Assembly (NCBI RefSeq): GCF_001194135.2
Contig: NC_068998.1
Location: 49,321,472-49,376,254, forward strand
DNA from: Octopus bimaculoides
Taxonomy: Eukaryota
DNA length: 54,783 bases
Direction: 5' to 3'
Part shown: positions 23,261 through 38,100 of the stretch, piece by piece
How positions within the stretch are numbered: the stretch's first letter is position 1
How the letters are laid out: each line of letters starts with the position of its first letter
Notes under the pieces: model-generated
The model's database searches: none
Told to the model about the DNA's origin: nothing
What the model saw: only the letters and a program-made list of their open reading frames with translations
Made by a program: the position numbers and the translations under genes

Positions 23261-24469
23261 ATTACTTGTTCATCTCGATATTCTTGAAGTTTAATTTAAA
23301 TGAGACCATGTAAAATCGTTATGAACAAATATTGTTATAAGAAGAAAAGGAACGACAGAGGTACATTTTAAAGAAATAAATGCAGCCTTTATTCAGAAAC
23401 GCTGTGCTATTTTAAGATAGTCGTTGAATCTACACTGGATTTGTTCGTACTTTTAATATGCCTCCGCTCTGCAGTGCAGTGAAATCACGTGGTCTGGCAT
23501 GCTCAGCGCCCAAGCCAAACGGTAGTATCGTATTAAGGTATATGCTTGCGCGTTTATGTAGCTCGTGTCTATATGAGAAGAGCTTTCAAAGAAAATACTG
23601 CATTAAGGGGAATAAAAATATTCCCTTGGTGCATGAATTAAGAGCAGGTGTCTTAGTTTGACGCTCGGAAAAGTGAGAAAGTCTTTTATATTTCGAGATT
23701 GTGCTCTTCAGCAGAAATGACTATGAGGAAGTAAAGTAGATACTTTCTTTGCAACGCGTACGTACTGATAGAACGGCGTATGTAAGATAAAATCCCTACA
23801 GAGCAGATAAATCTTTCAGCAACTCACAACCCTCGAGCCCACAACCTTTCAATCTCCGGTCAATGTGCCTTACTATTTAAGGTCAACTGATTGACTGACC
23901 GAATCCTTCTGCAATTTAGAATTTATAAACTCATCTAGAAACGCGAGATGGAGTGGAAAGTACGTCAGATGTAAGTAAACACAAGTTTAACTTCATTGGT
24001 AAGGCAATTTGACCGGAAATTGAAGGGATGTGATTTCGAGTCACGTGGCTGGTTGCTGACAGATTTTTCTGCTCTGTAAGGATTATATCCTATATACGCT
24101 GTTCTATCGGTACTCGCGCGTTCAAAAATATATCATTCTACATGTACTACAATACATGTCAGCGATTCAAAAACAAACTGATATTTGTTCACATATGACG
24201 TAATATAAATATAAATATAAATAAATAAATATATATATATATATATATATANNNNNNNNNNNNNNNNNNNNNNNNNNNNNNNNNNNNNNNNNNNNNNNNN
24301 NNNNNNNNNNNNNNNNNNNNNNNNNNNNNNNNNNNNNNNNNNNNNNNNNNNNNNNNNNNNNNNNNNNNNNNNNNNNNNNNNNNNNNNNNNNNNNNNNNNN
24401 NNNNNNNNNNNNNNNNNNNNNNNNNNNNNNNNNNNNNNNNNNNNNNNNNNNNTATATATATGGTGGTTG

Positions 24470-25470
24470 CCTACTCCTTATGCAGAGTTGACGACCTCCT
24501 GTGCCTACACCTTAGAACCCTTATGAAATCTGATGTGGCTTTTTAAACTTGACAATGCTTTGAACAGACACCCACATAGATTGCATATCAGATTTGGACC
24601 ACCAAAAGTTGCAGTTAAGTTCTTGTTTATGTGGATCTTAAAATATATTTTGAAGCCTCCTTTAGATTTGCAGTCCTCCTGACATACATTGCATTGAAAT
24701 GTTTGAAAAGACATAGGCAGAATAGTTGGTGGAAACTTGTTTTCCATAGGTTCGCAAATAGGATTTGAACCCAGCAAAAAAAAAAAAAAAAGCCACGTTC
24801 TGTCACAGACTGTGTACGCAAAAGGTCATTCTGATTCACCTTCTTGATCGTAACATTCTTCTTTAAATCTTTCTTGAGTCTTGCATGCGTTATCCTGACC
24901 ACTTCAAACGCATTCACTCCACTCCACACGTTTATTCGCTATCCAGTTCGATCCGAAGGAAGGGTTTCTATGTCATCTGGACTATTCCTGTGCCGTCCTT
25001 AAACCTTTTATTAGGGTTATACCGATAGCGTTTCGCCTCTGCAAGCTCATCATAAAACAACTATTTGGGTGTGCGTTCATTCGCCATTCGAAAAATATAG
25101 CCGCACTTTCTCATTTGGGCTTTCAAAATCATTGCTTTAATTGAGGTGATGCATACAGATGCAAGGATATCTGTGTTTTTTAAAAAGCGATGAAGGTAGT
25201 TTTGGTCGAATTGTTCTAACAATTTGAAATGTCTCCATGTTTCGGAAGAATACAACAGGGATGGTAAGACAATTGATTTGTAAAGAGCCACTTTTGTATT
25301 GTTATGTATATGTTGTTGGCGTCAAACGCATGACTCCAAGCTCCCAAATGCGTGTGTTTAACATGTACATCCTCGCAGCAATCTTGACTTTCATTTAGTC
25401 AAGACACCCTTGGCCCGAGGAGTAGTCTACGGTATACACATAGCTTGGCTGTTTACTCCTTCCGAGGTTA
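24470..25470 (-). mobile_element. RTE-clade LINE 3' portion: post-RT region plus tandem C2H2-like fingers and 3' tail
   Basis: ALYKSIVLPSLLYSSETW..LEQFDQNYL..LKAQMRKCGYIFRMANERTPK matches the RTE LLYGSETW / HVxRM-x3-R-x-PK region. It is followed by FQCNVCQEDCKSKGGFKIYFKIH and LICNLCGCLFKALSSLKSHIRFH, and ends in (TA)n. Frameshifted. Confidence 0.8.
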
Positions 25471-25606
25471 CGCTCGGTTGAAAAGAAATGCAGCCCGGAT
25501 CTAATCTAATCAATTCCTTAGCAATCAGAATTTGCCACATCTCGATCCTTGGTTCTTATATACATGTTATACATGTGCCTGTATTATTTCTTTACTACCC
25601 ACAAGG

Positions 25607-25800
25607 GGCTACACACAGAGGGGACAAACGGATTAGTCGATTATATCGACCCCAGTGCGTAACTGGTACTTATTTAATCGACCCCGAAAGGATGAAAGGC
25701 AAAGTGGACCTCGGCGGAATATGAACTCAGAACGTAGCGGCAGACGAAATACCACTAAGCATTTCGCCCGGCGTGCTAACGTTTCTGCCAGCTCGCCGCC
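25607..25800 (-). mobile_element. SINE family A, well-preserved copy
   Basis: The reverse complement reads ggcggcgagctggcagaaacgttagcacgccgggcgaaatgcttag..ctgagttcatattccgccgaggtccactttgcctttcatcctttcggggtcgattaaataagtaccag. This is like the abundant Octopus tRNA-derived SINE (recall). Confidence 0.9.
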
Positions 25801-26089
25801 GTATACAAACACGTCTACAGGCATATATCTATATATGTCTAAATACATATCTATATACATATATGCATGTACACTGTGTATATATGTTTGTAACCTCGTG
25901 TATATCGTTGTCGATTTTTTCTTCCTCCGTCTTCCTTTCTTTGGACTATCCTATATTTCCGACGAAGAGCTCTGTTCGAAATGTCAAATTCTCTTTCTTT
26001 CCTTCCCTGAGCGTCCAGTAACACAGTATCTGTATCACGTCCTCGCGTTGTTGTTTTTTTTTCTGTCATTTTTCTTGTTTGAACTCACC

Positions 26090-26150
<61 letters not shown>

Positions 26151-26222
26151 TATATACATGCACATATATGTATATATGTATATATATATATATGAATATA
26201 CGTACATACATATATCTACATA

Positions 26223-26300
<78 letters not shown>

Positions 26301-26303
26301 GAC

Positions 26304-26361
<58 letters not shown>

Positions 26362-26638
26362 CTACACATACGTACACACAGATATGTGTACATAAATATA
26401 AATGTGTGTGTATACATAACTACTGTCATTTCTTTTGTCTTATCTATGTTCCCCGCAGGTACATACTAATATATAATATCGGTATCTTGAAAAGAACAAA
26501 TATAGTAGATCTCATTCATCAAATGTGTAATTTTATTTGTTTTAGATGTGCTTCCACATGGTGCAGCTGGATACATTTATAACAAATATCTACGTATAGG
26601 ATATAATTAAACTTAGAAGTTGTCAGGGATAAACGACG

Positions 26639-28343
26639 ATGATAGTTTTTGCATTTATCTTCTTTCTCATTTCTGGTAAGTGGCTACAATATAGCATAGT
26701 TATATTAAGGGATGCATGAATGTTACTACACTATACTTTGTATCCCACCTAATTTTTTATATGTTATAAACTGTCTCTCTCTGACTACCCGTATACTTGT
26801 TTTTTTCATCTGTTTATCTATTGAATTACCACTAGAAATAATCAACTGTTTTAAGTCTATTTGTCGCTATATCACTGCGTTGTTTATACAAGTGTCCATT
26901 GGTAATACCACCTCCTAATCTACTTGGGTTTCTTCTGTATCTGAGCTTATTGCTTTATCGAGCTCACTAGATACAATACTCTATTCATCCCTTCAAAGCC
27001 CTTATCTTCTTCGACAAATGAGTGCGGTTGTTTATTCCAGATGTGCAACTGGCTTCAGGCTTTTGCTAAATTTCGTCTTGTAACCAACCAGTATGATGCT
27101 ACCGATTCTTTGATTCGTTGTGGAGGTATTGCACATATAAAACCAATGCAATACTGCAGCCCATGTCTAAATGGGACACGTTTCTTTCTCGTGACAATGG
27201 TGGTTCTAGGATTGAAATAGGAATGAATTTAAACATATATGACATTTCATATTAGAATAGTAGGTATAACTACAACGCTAGAATTTCGAGAAAGGCTAGT
27301 CGAAAGTACTTGGAATTAAACTCATTATCTCTTACTTATTTCCACTACGTTCTTAGCTTCTAATATATGCCCTAACATAGATGCATTACAGCCTCCTTGA
27401 AAACCAGTCGTTCGACTTGTGTATTATCTTCAAGAAGCGCCTATTTAGTAGAATGTCTTCTCAACGTTCCTCGGCTTTTCTTCATTTTCCGTCTCATTCC
27501 ACTTGAATTTTATTCTGTTCTTCTAGAGACATTTAAAAAAAATTATATACTACATTTTGCTTTCTATTTCCCTTTCCATTTTCATCTATCTTTCTGGTAT
27601 TACACATTCTAATACAATCTTTAACTACCTAGGGCATTATTTCACATTCATGTTTATGACTTTTAAACAAAATGGTTTCAGAAATAATTTGGACGACATT
27701 ATGCTCAATACGTGGTAAAGAGAGAGAAAATAACGAATTAGAGGGAAGGATGCAATAAACAATGAGATAATGTGATGAAGGAAAAAGAATAGACACATGA
27801 CAAATGGAAAAAATTATGTCAAGTGACAGTCTGCACAACTGTGTTTTGTAAGCTGATACAGAGTATATACATAGATGTATAAATAGTTTAATAAATGGAT
27901 ATACTGATACAGAGACGGAGTGGAGATTTAGATACGTAACTGAAAACATTAGTAGGTAAGAGGAACGCTAGTTACCTAGAAAGAGAAGTAGTGATAGATG
28001 GTTACTGATATCTCACACACTGCTAAAGAGTTAATGGGCTTTATTACAAATAGCTGGAATCAGTGAATTAAACAATTCATATATTCGTACACATACAATT
28101 TCACGAAACGCAAACGCACACGTCTGATAAAAACCAGTTTACATTACCACAGACGAGGTAGAAGGGAAAAGAAAAATAATGGATTTGATGTAAGTTGTCT
28201 CTCTTGTCTGATTTACTTTCAATTGTTGTACACCAGGGTCATTGAAAATATATATTCTCTCACGCCTAATATACAACCTCCACAAGAACTACGAACCCAC
28301 AACCTGTACGTTTGATTTTGTTTATGTGTATATACAAATATAT

Positions 28344-28383
<40 letters not shown>

Positions 28384-31300
28384 CATATATATATCATATA
28401 TATATATCATATATATATATATATATACTTGATTATTATATTAGTTTTCGTTTGTACATAAATTTTAATATAAACGTCCATGTATTTGTTATATAGAAAC
28501 ATATCTGTACTTATCCAATGAATCATATATGTACACGCACACACTCACACGTACACATACATATACATACATCTGTACATGTAACCCTATACACATACAC
28601 ACCAAGAAGCAAACTCACTATGCAACACAAAGAACGTTCCATGTGTATTGTTAGCATAAAATGAGAAGACAAATATATTTAGAAATTATTACATATTTTT
28701 CAGACGCGTCTTTTTATTGATAAATATTTTGATAAGATCAAGGAAAAATTAAAACGATTTTGTTCAGGACAAATTTTATAATTTTTATTCATCTGAAGAA
28801 AATTGTTTCTGTTTGATATTATGGAATTATTCGTCAATAAATAGCGTGACTGAAACGTGTCTCAGACTATATATAAAAAGGGGATAGTTTGATAAATTTA
28901 TAATAGGAAACAGATCGGTGATTATAGATAGAGAGTGTATGATTTGTCGAATTTGATGCGGAGTGAGGTTTAAAGCATTAAACAACGCATTTTTGTACGG
29001 TTACACACATACACGTAAACAATCACAAAACGTACACACATGGACAAACTGATTGCAGAGTGAAGGTTTAAGATATAAATACATTTTGTTGTGTTTCTCT
29101 CTAAGAGAATGCTTCACATATATATATATATACACACACATGGACTTACGTGATACAAAGTGTGAGATAAAGACTGAAATAACACTTTTTCTTGTTCCTT
29201 AAACCCCAGAAATGTATCACCACACCAGCATTTCCTTAAATGTGTTTATGCCGAGAAAAATATCGTAAAACATCATTAGATGCCCTAGCGGCAAAGAGAC
29301 GACGAAGGTACCGGATAGTGAGTGGTGTGCTAGAAACAATACCTAAATCTTCTTGAAATCATATACCATTTCATTTAAAAATTAATTTGAAATATAAATA
29401 AATAGAAAGAAATTACAGATTTGAACTGCTGCAATTTTAAAACTATGATCGAAAATAAAATTTCTGAAACTGCCAAAAATTTTAGAATTTAATTTATCAG
29501 AAAATGTTTTTAAATTCTCTATTTTTTTTTCATTTTCCTGTTTGGAAATAGAGGAATTGGGGATGTTAATGGTGATCACCGATTTGGTATTTTTTCCTCT
29601 TTAGCCTCCAAGGGCTCTCCCATTCTTTAAAGTGTTTAATGCAAAGAAAAAAAAAGAAAAGAAAGGTGACATTTGGAGAAGTTTTTGAAAAGTCTTCATA
29701 TATTTTCAATTTGTTTATTTTTTCTACCAAAGGGGAGTTCCCCATTATTTTTAAGTGCGTAGTGCAAAAGAAAAAAAGAAAGAAAAAAGGATGAAATGAG
29801 TACGGAAGCCTCGGGGCATTCATAAATTTTCAATTCTTTTATTCTCCTAAAATGTCTATCGTATTATTTGCAAGGGTATAATGAAAAACATTTTGAAAAA
29901 TCCCCGTAATAATTCATCTTATACGTGTGTGTTATTCTAAAACTCTGTCAAGGCATTCTATTATAAATATCACCCTGCAACGGCGGGATCAAGTTTATAT
30001 ATACATACATACACATGTACATTGAAGTAGGCCGTAATTTCATAGGAGATTTTATAACGCTCCCATTCGTTTATTCTCTACAATGTTCATCATTACATCG
30101 CAACAAGATGTCCCAATAACTATAACGTAACCTTTATTAATACCATATTGGTTAGAGTGCATCAACTTTGAATGTTTGAACCAATCAGAATTGAAATTTC
30201 ATTTTTGTTGCTATGAGGATTGATGGCAATTTTAATGGATTCAGCTTTAATGGGAGAGGGGACCAGTCGATTAGATCGACCACAGTACGCAAGTCTACTT
30301 AATTTATCGACCTCGAAAGGATGAAAGGTAAAGTCGACCTCGCCGAAAGTGATAACTTCTATTCAGTAAATTAGTTCGGAAATCACGACCAGCAGACTTT
30401 ATAGATCTTCGATATGTGAACGTTTTGCAACTTTCTACGTCTATAGACAACTATTGTTCCTGAAAGTTGTTTGTTATAACTTCTACAGACTGCTCGAAGC
30501 TTACTGACTTCCTATATCTTAATCCTTTGACCTTACCTTTACATATTACTATATATAGAGAGATTAGAGACATATATTCTCTGTATAGAATGCACTCACA
30601 TGCACTTATACAGGCACTGATATTATGTAGGTACCTAAGAGTGCCGTTACGGTTCCCGTTATGATGTGGATTCAGCCTAGAATTAAATATTATATATTAT
30701 GTTGATAGAAAACAAATACTGAATATTTTCAAAATGACATTAAGTAATTGGTAATACATTTCTTAATTGTAGGCGTCGCCACAAAAGAGGATTGCAATGC
30801 ACTGGCACAAAAGATTTGTCCTCATAGTTTTGACGTTTTCAGCGGAAAGTCATGGGACCAACGCTTCTGCAGGTATATAATATCTTACTGCTACTATTAA
30901 TATAATTAATATTTTAAAGATTATTCACATCCACACACGCACGCACAGGCACCCCCACACACACACTCGCACACAGACAGACATGCAATGCATATTGTTA
31001 TATATATATATATATATATATATATNNNNNNNNNNNNNNNNNNNNNNNNNNNNNNNNNNNNNNNNNNNNNNNNNNNNNNNNNNNNNNNNNNNNNNNNNNN
31101 NNNNNNNNNNNNNNNNNNNNNNNNNNNNNNNNNNNNNNNNNNNNNNNNNNNNNNNNAACCAAGGTTCATGAACTCATCGATGAAAATCCACTGTCACATA
31201 TAGAAAAATTAATAATTAAAAGCACAATAAATAAGTATAATATAATACAAATTAAATATCATAAGATAAAATAATAAAATGACTACACGTGTTTCATAAC

Positions 31301-31408
31301 CAATTTATAATAGAAAGAAAATTTAAATCGATTAAAACTATGGAAAATCAATTCTATTCAAAAATATAGCTAATCTTCAGGTCAAGATACAACAATAATA
31401 ATAATAAA

Positions 31409-31448
<40 letters not shown>

Positions 31449-34400
31449 CGGAAGGAAATTCATGTAAGATGGGTGGAGTGATAGAGCAAAAGACGGTGAA
31501 TTTATTAAATGGTTTAAGGAAGTGTGATTTTGTGCCCAAACAATCATCTATACACACAAAATTATTGGCGGAGTTGGGAGACATTATCTTTCCCATGCCT
31601 TCCGCAATCTTTCGACCGCATCGAGGATGTAGCAATTTTGGGCAATTTTTAGATGTCTGAAATGGCTTTGTACACATGATAACATTACTTGAAATGTCCT
31701 TCTTTTCTTTAGTGTGTTGTCAAATAAGCGTGTATATACGTGTGCGTGTGTATACTGAGTTACTGTTTCGTTTCAGATGCATCGATTTTTGTTTACATTT
31801 TCGCCCTCTAATGGGTTTAGCGTATTATCTACGTATGTTTTATTTCGGAATGGGCCTGTGCAGTAGAATAGTTTATAAATTGTTTCTCATGCTATGCATG
31901 CATATTGTGACATCTGCGTATATTATAGTAGAGGCTATTTTAGTGTTTTGAAGATAAACATTCTAGAATCTGAGGAGGTACATCACACTTATAGTTTTTC
32001 GGTCATCTATTGGAAATTTCTTATACACTCACTAGGATCTTAAATTTGCATGTCATAGCACAGCTGAAAGAATAAAAGATTGTCAAAAAGCTGGCCGACA
32101 TAAAATATGCGTCCGGAGAATTAGTGAGAATTACCCACTAGATTTTGAATGCTTTTGGTAATTTAATTGTATACAACGGTACAGTGGAAGCAAATGTCAG
32201 CGATAGAACGAAATATACACTTATACCACTCAGTCATCAAACAAAAATCGATTTTAACTGAGCAAATATTATTTTATCATCCCGAATGAAATTGCACCGG
32301 CTTTGCCAAAATTTTCTTAGCCATGGGGAGAAAAAAATAAAGTTACAAATGAATGAGAATGAGAAAGTAGCCGATAAACAGATGCAAACAAACTTGAATT
32401 CAAAACAAGCGCGATAATCTCCAGTGACAACGACGCCTAACGGTTGATATTGCAAGTACAGTGCAATAAGAGCTCCGGAAGACTGATAAATAAGAAAACA
32501 CAGCTGATTGCATGATTTCATTCAGTAAACTACACTACTTCATGGTGTGTATCTTAACATTTACTATACGTATTTTAATATGATTTTATATGTTTTCATT
32601 CTTATTCATTATACAGTAACATAATTTTATTTGCTTTTAACGGTTTTCTAGGGATTTTCTGATTCCAATATCTTTGGCGAACAGACTTAAAGTCAAGTAA
32701 AATGACTTAACTTGTTATTTCTTTCTCATATATTATTTTTAAAAAACCGACGTATAATTGAGAAAGACTTAAATCGGAACGACTGAAGCCGAGATATACT
32801 TATAGTTGGTTCTAAAGCTATTTTCTGATAACAATTTACTTTCAGCAAACAAAAGTTATTCTTTTCATGTTTTCATGGTAAAAACGACCGCTGTATGAAA
32901 TATTTCTCAATCCTGAGTTATCTCTTATGCGAGGTAGGTTTATTTTTTTCTTATTTTTCTAATCTTAATGTCAGAACATCTGTTCATAACGTAAATAAAA
33001 TGTATCTAACTTTGGTAATTTGATTTGTATGGCCCCTAGGGATTCGGGTTCGTATTGAGTTGAAATAAATCGATAGCTGGCTTTTCGAGACCAATAAATT
33101 TGTGGAAGATTGGCTGGCAGTCAAGTCGCTATACAAGACGGTTTTGATGGTGTAAGTCTTTCATTTCTTCATGAATTTAATGGCTCTACATGGTAAATGC
33201 ATGCAAGAACTCTAGTAGGGACGGTGAAAATCCTACTGGATACACATTAAAGCTAACACTCAAGGAAGCGACACTATAGGTGTAGCAATTTGAAAGCCTT
33301 TGCTGCAGGTTTTCTGGCTACACTACTACCAATATATATATATATATATATATATANNNNNNNNNNNNNNNNNNNNNNNNNNNNNNNNNNNNNNNNNNNN
33401 NNNNNNNNNNNNNNNNNNNNNNNNNNNNNNNNNNNNNNNNNNNNNNNNNNNNNNNNNNNNNNNNNNNNNNNNNNNNNNNNNNNNNNNNNNNNNNNNNNNN
33501 NNNNNNNNNNNNNNNNATATGTATGTATGTATATAAAAGAAATTGGCTGCTAAACAAATCCCTTACCTGCCTCACTCCCCGCACCTCACTTCTGATTATA
33601 ACTTGTCTCTAGGCTTAGTGAATCATGTACATAGATTAGTAGATAAAAGCCCAAAAGAGGTCGAAACTGATCGCGCTTCGTTCTTATCAAGACCAAAAGA
33701 AATTTTCACCAATGGAATTAAAAACATCGATGAGTAGATGGAAGGGGGTCATCGATAAAGACAGGAATTCTATAGAGGATAACATTTTAATAAGCAGTAA
33801 TATTAGATCACTTTCTTTACCACGAGTGTGTTTGCATAGACCCATACAGGCCCTTGCACATATATTGTACATTTCCTTTCAGATCGGAATGAAGAAAGGT
33901 AATCCGCTTGGACAACCGCAGAGAAGAAGCTTGGTAATGTATATCTTCTTTGTAATGCTGATAGAGCTGGTGAAATCATAAATATGTGCGAGTGTGTGTA
34001 GTGTGCAAGAAATAAGATGAGCCATATGATCTTCATAGGCACAGAACACTGGTATACGTAACTCATCGTGTATGTATAATGGCTGCTTGTTTCTGAAGCA
34101 TAACATAATTGTTGTAAAGATGATAGATATCATGATTACATAAGCGAGGATATATAAATTTCAAGTGTGCACATGGATGGGGATAAGGAGGTTATATGAT
34201 TACAATCTACTGACACTAATATTATTACAATAGGTGGAAACTGTAATAAAAGTATTCAGCATAATAAATATATTGCATTAGGGAATGGTTTCTAGGATTG
34301 AAGAAATATCATTGTTTCTGAAGATGAGGTACGTCTCATGCATGAAGACTGGCATAGCATCGTATTCATGAACTGCTAGAAGAGGATTGAAGGTGTTCTG

Positions 34401-36412
34401 GGTGGAAGTATCGATAGTCAGAAAACTCACGGTTCAACGTATGAAAGTTAGAGAAAATAACATAACACAACTTATTTGGAAGAGAAACTCCTGTGATGAA
34501 ATGTTCTCATGCACAGTGTCATAGAAGCTGTAATTGTAGTAAAACAAATGCATCAAACGTTTCTAAATGTAAGATTATATCCTGTTTGGAGAAACAGAGA
34601 AGTGTTTTACTCGAATACCATTTTATGTAGTAAAATGTTTTCTACAATATACATGAGTTGATTGAAGGTGAGAGCTGTGCGAGTGATGTACAGAGATAGT
34701 GATACCAAAGTCAGTGTTTACGACGAGTTTAGACTGCAAGTATGTATTAGGCAAGGTCCGTTGTATTCCCACTCATCTTCCACATATGGCTTTTCTGTAT
34801 GGTGTCTAAGACCTTTAACCTCTAATAATTCCTACAGGCAAAATACTTAGCTTTATGGCATAGACTATACGCCATTTAATAGAAGAAATTCTATCCATAG
34901 AATCAACGCTTAGAATGAAGAACCTCTGAGTGTTATCTCAGCAAAAACTATACACTTTTGTGAGAGGAATTGAGGGAGGACTCTGATACTGCCATGGAAA
35001 GAGTCATTCAGTGTACGCAAAAAAAGAGCTGATAGTCATTCGTTAGATTACATGTAATATAATCTCCGTTGCACAAGATTTGTAATATAATCAAATGCAG
35101 AGCAACAGTGAGTATGTAATGAGCATTCCAGGAGCATTTGGAATTTTCAGGAGAGACATCTATCAATTTCAAATAAAAAAAAAAACATGAAATCCTTTCA
35201 GAGTAAGATCCTCTGATTTTAAGGCACTTGTTACAGTTAACGGTACTGAACCATTGAAAGGTGCATTGCACATATTTTGCGTATATTCAAATCTTCATGG
35301 GTAAGTCTGTGTACAGTTGCCACACTAACTCCAAGATGCATGTTTATTGTCTTTATAGACATACGACAGTCGTCACCTAAAACACATTTGGCCGTTCATC
35401 TCATTCACGCATATTTTATCCTTGATCTCTCACTGACCCTGCACTTTCCATTTTAAACTTCCTTTGCTTGTCATCTTTAGCAACTTCATCTTGACACTTC
35501 ATTGTTAATTGTGCTCAAATACATCAGATTTATTACGGCCCACCTGTTGCTCAACATGTTTGCACCAATCACGACACAGTTCATTAAATCTCCATTTTTG
35601 GCTAGGCCCAGGATACCGAATAGCACGACTTCCGCTTCCACAGTGAATAGGATTTCATCTTTGTAAAATGTAAAAGCCTATTCGGTTAAAATCAGCAGCT
35701 TTAGTTTAATCAGTATCTACTTCCATACTGCTGCTATATGCACCGTCTTCATAACACTTTACCTCCCTGCTCTCCTCTCTCTGTTTTTTCCTTCTTTCCA
35801 TCCTTTCATCCTATCCCTTTCTTCCTTTTTTCCACGTTTCACCAACATCCTATGAAATACCTCAGGTCTAGTACTTCTTGATACACCAAGCATTTCGGCT
35901 GTTTTAGTTATGCTAGCTCCTGCTATACGAGCGTCACCAATTTGACCTCTTTGAAAGTCCGATAGATCTGTCACTTTAATGAATTCTAATTACCTTTTTC
36001 TTATGATATCTGAATAGAAACAACAATTGTAGCAAAACATATTGAGCAACGCTAATAATAAATCAAAGATCATAAAAATAGACAAGCTGTTGACGGTTTT
36101 ATAGATATTTCAAAATTATGATGCTATTATGCTACGTGTTTCCATTATCTTGTCCAAACCTTATATGTATGTATGAATGTTAAAAAGAACCGCTTCAATT
36201 ATTGCTTTTGCATTATATTTAATATTGAATTTTCAGAACCGTTGTAAAAATCAAGGGAAAGTTTCTGATGGAAACAAGGTACGTGATATTATAAAACAAT
36301 TGTTACTATTGTGTATTGTTCCAGAAATATCAATGACGGTACTTATATTTCACTAGAATACTGACCTAACATTAATGCATGTACTCACTCATCTGCATAT
36401 TTTTTACCCTCC

Positions 36413-36445
<33 letters not shown>

Positions 36446-37001
36446 NNNNNNNNNNNNNNNNNNNNNNNNNNNNNNNNNNNNNNNNNNNNNNNNNNNNNNN
36501 NNNNNNNNNNNNNNNNNNNNNNNNNNNNNNNNNNNNNNNNNNNNNNNNNNNNNNNNNNNNNNNNNNNNNNNNNNNNNNNNNNNNNNNNNNNNNNNNNNNN
36601 NNNNNNNNNNNNNNNNNNNNNNNNNNNNNNNNNNNNNNNNNNNNNNNNNNNNNNNNNNNNNNNNNNNNNNNNNNNNNNNNNNNNNNNNNNNNNNNNNNNN
36701 NNNNNNNNNNNNNNNNNNNNNNNNNNNNNNNNNNNNNNNNNNNNNNNNNNNNNNNNNNNNNNNNNNNNNNNNNNNNNNNNNNNNNNNNNNNNNNNNNNNN
36801 NNNNNNNNNNNNNNNNNNNNNNNNNNNNNNNNNNNNNNNNNNNNNNNNNNNNNNNNNNNNNNNNNNNNNNNNNNNNNNNNNNNNNNNNNNNNNNNNNNNN
36901 NNNNNNNNNNNNNNNNNNNNNNNNNNNNNNNNNNNNNNNNNNNNNNNNNNNNNNNNNNNNNNNNNNNNNNNNNNNNNNNNNNNNNNNNNNNNNNNNATAT
37001 G

Positions 37002-37032
<31 letters not shown>

Positions 37033-37492
37033 TTCTGTGTGTGTGTGTGTATTCACTTGTGTACGCCCGCGTTTATGTAAGTGCATGTATGTCCGTATGT
37101 ATAATAGTCTTATAGTCTAGCAGCATAACCATGATTGTTAATGAACAAGATCTAAGACTAATGCATTATGCATTGGTTCTCCGCATGGTATGGTATGCAC
37201 TGATGGAATAAGAAATAAGATAATCAACTCTATAACAACACTAGTGACAGTGATGATGTTGAAGTATAAGTTTTGGTTTTGAAAGTATTTCAATCAACAT
37301 TAATTTTTCCTGATTTGCGGGTTTGATTTTATTGAAATAATTTTAAGTTAACAATGTATAAAATATTAAAATATTGGTATACGTGTTTAACTAGATGAAT
37401 TACAACCGTTATATATATGTATTTTTTTTTAGGTGATGCCCGAAACACTATCCCTTGCTCCATTTCTCGTTATATTAATAATACTCATTTAA
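26639..37492 (+). CDS. Unit 3: about 125-aa precursor with signal peptide, Cys-rich head, linker and hydrophobic GPI-like tail
   Basis: Exons: 26639-26675 MIVFAFIFFLISG (donor gtaagt; in-frame TAA upstream); 30773-30872 VATKEDCNALAQKICPHSFDVFSGKSWDQRFCR; 31777-31832 CIDFCLHFRPLMGLAYYLP; 32846-32877 NKSYSFHVFM; 33883-33933 IGMKKGNPLGQPQRRSL; 36237-36278 NRCKNQGKVSDGNK; 37433-37492 VMPETLSLAPFLVILIILI*, then AATAAA. Phases chain 1-2-1-0-0-0 with no stop; 6 Cys. Confidence 0.78.
29560..29800 (+). repeat. Imperfect direct repeat of about 130 bp period, probably inside a non-autonomous element
   Basis: ccaagggctctcccattctttaaagtgtttaatgcaaagaaaaaaaagaaaag vs ccaaaggggagttcccattatttttaagtgcgtagtgcaaaagaaaaaaagaaag. 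Confidence 0.5.
30245..30350 (-). mobile_element. SINE family A, truncated
   Basis: gaccagtcgattagatcgacc..aatttatcgacctcgaaaggatgaaaggtaaagtcgacctcgcc. Confidence 0.75.
33540..33790 (+). mobile_element. mariner transposase C-terminal remnant
   Basis: LPHSPHLTSDY..SRPKEIFTNGIK..RWKGVIDKD resembles the mariner LPHPPYSPDLAPSDY..GIxxLxxRWxKVI motifs; frameshifted. Confidence 0.7.
34440..35330 (+). mobile_element. Highly decayed LINE reverse-transcriptase fragment (RTE-like)
   Basis: VRAVRVMYRDSDTKVSVYDEFRLQVCIRQGP corresponds to the RT motif mY..kVrv..eF.v.vGvhQG. The upstream EAVIVVKQMHQTFL corresponds to dAif.vRQlqEK. Confidence 0.6.
35759..36120 (-). mobile_element. Tc1-like transposase N-terminal remnant with 5' flank
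   Basis: TDLSDFQRGQIGDARIAGASITKTAEMLGVSRST is a Tc1 paired-like HTH, truncated afterwards. Confidence 0.75.
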
Positions 37493-38043
37493 ATAAATAT
37501 TGTACTACAACAGTAATATTTTGCAGTTTCATATTCTTTTTGTTCACTGGTTTCTCAGTTTTTGAAGCTAATCATTTAAATCTAATCCGATTGTTTTTTA
37601 AATTGGTTCATCTACTGGTTTTCTTAATCCCTTCTACTAAAGGCACAAGGCCTGATATTTTCAAGGAAGGGACTAGTCGATTACATCAACCCCAGTGTTT
37701 CACTGGTACTTAATTTATTGACTTCGAAAGGATGGAAGGGAAAGTCGGTCCCCGGCGGATTTGAACTAAGAACGTAGTGACACGTGAACTACTGCTTGTT
37801 AACGATTCAGCCAGCTCGCCACCTTCAACTGGTTTTCATAATACAACGTACAGTTTAACTCTAGGTTCATATAAAAGCGTGAGCTGGCAGAAGATTTTGC
37901 TCAACTGGTAAACTATTTTGTGGCATTTCGTCTGTCTTTACATTCTGAGTTCAAATTCCGTCAAAACTGATTAAGCCTGTCATTGTTTCAGGGTCGATGA
38001 AATAAATATCACTTGTGCACTAGAAGTTGCCAGGGATAAACGA

Positions 38044-38100
<57 letters not shown>

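Noticed and set aside
26546-26593. Exon-3-like segment (ag|ATGTGC..TATCTAC|gtatag)
   Set aside because: It has a TAA in the homologous frame and lies just upstream of the unit-3 ATG; better explained as 5' UTR.
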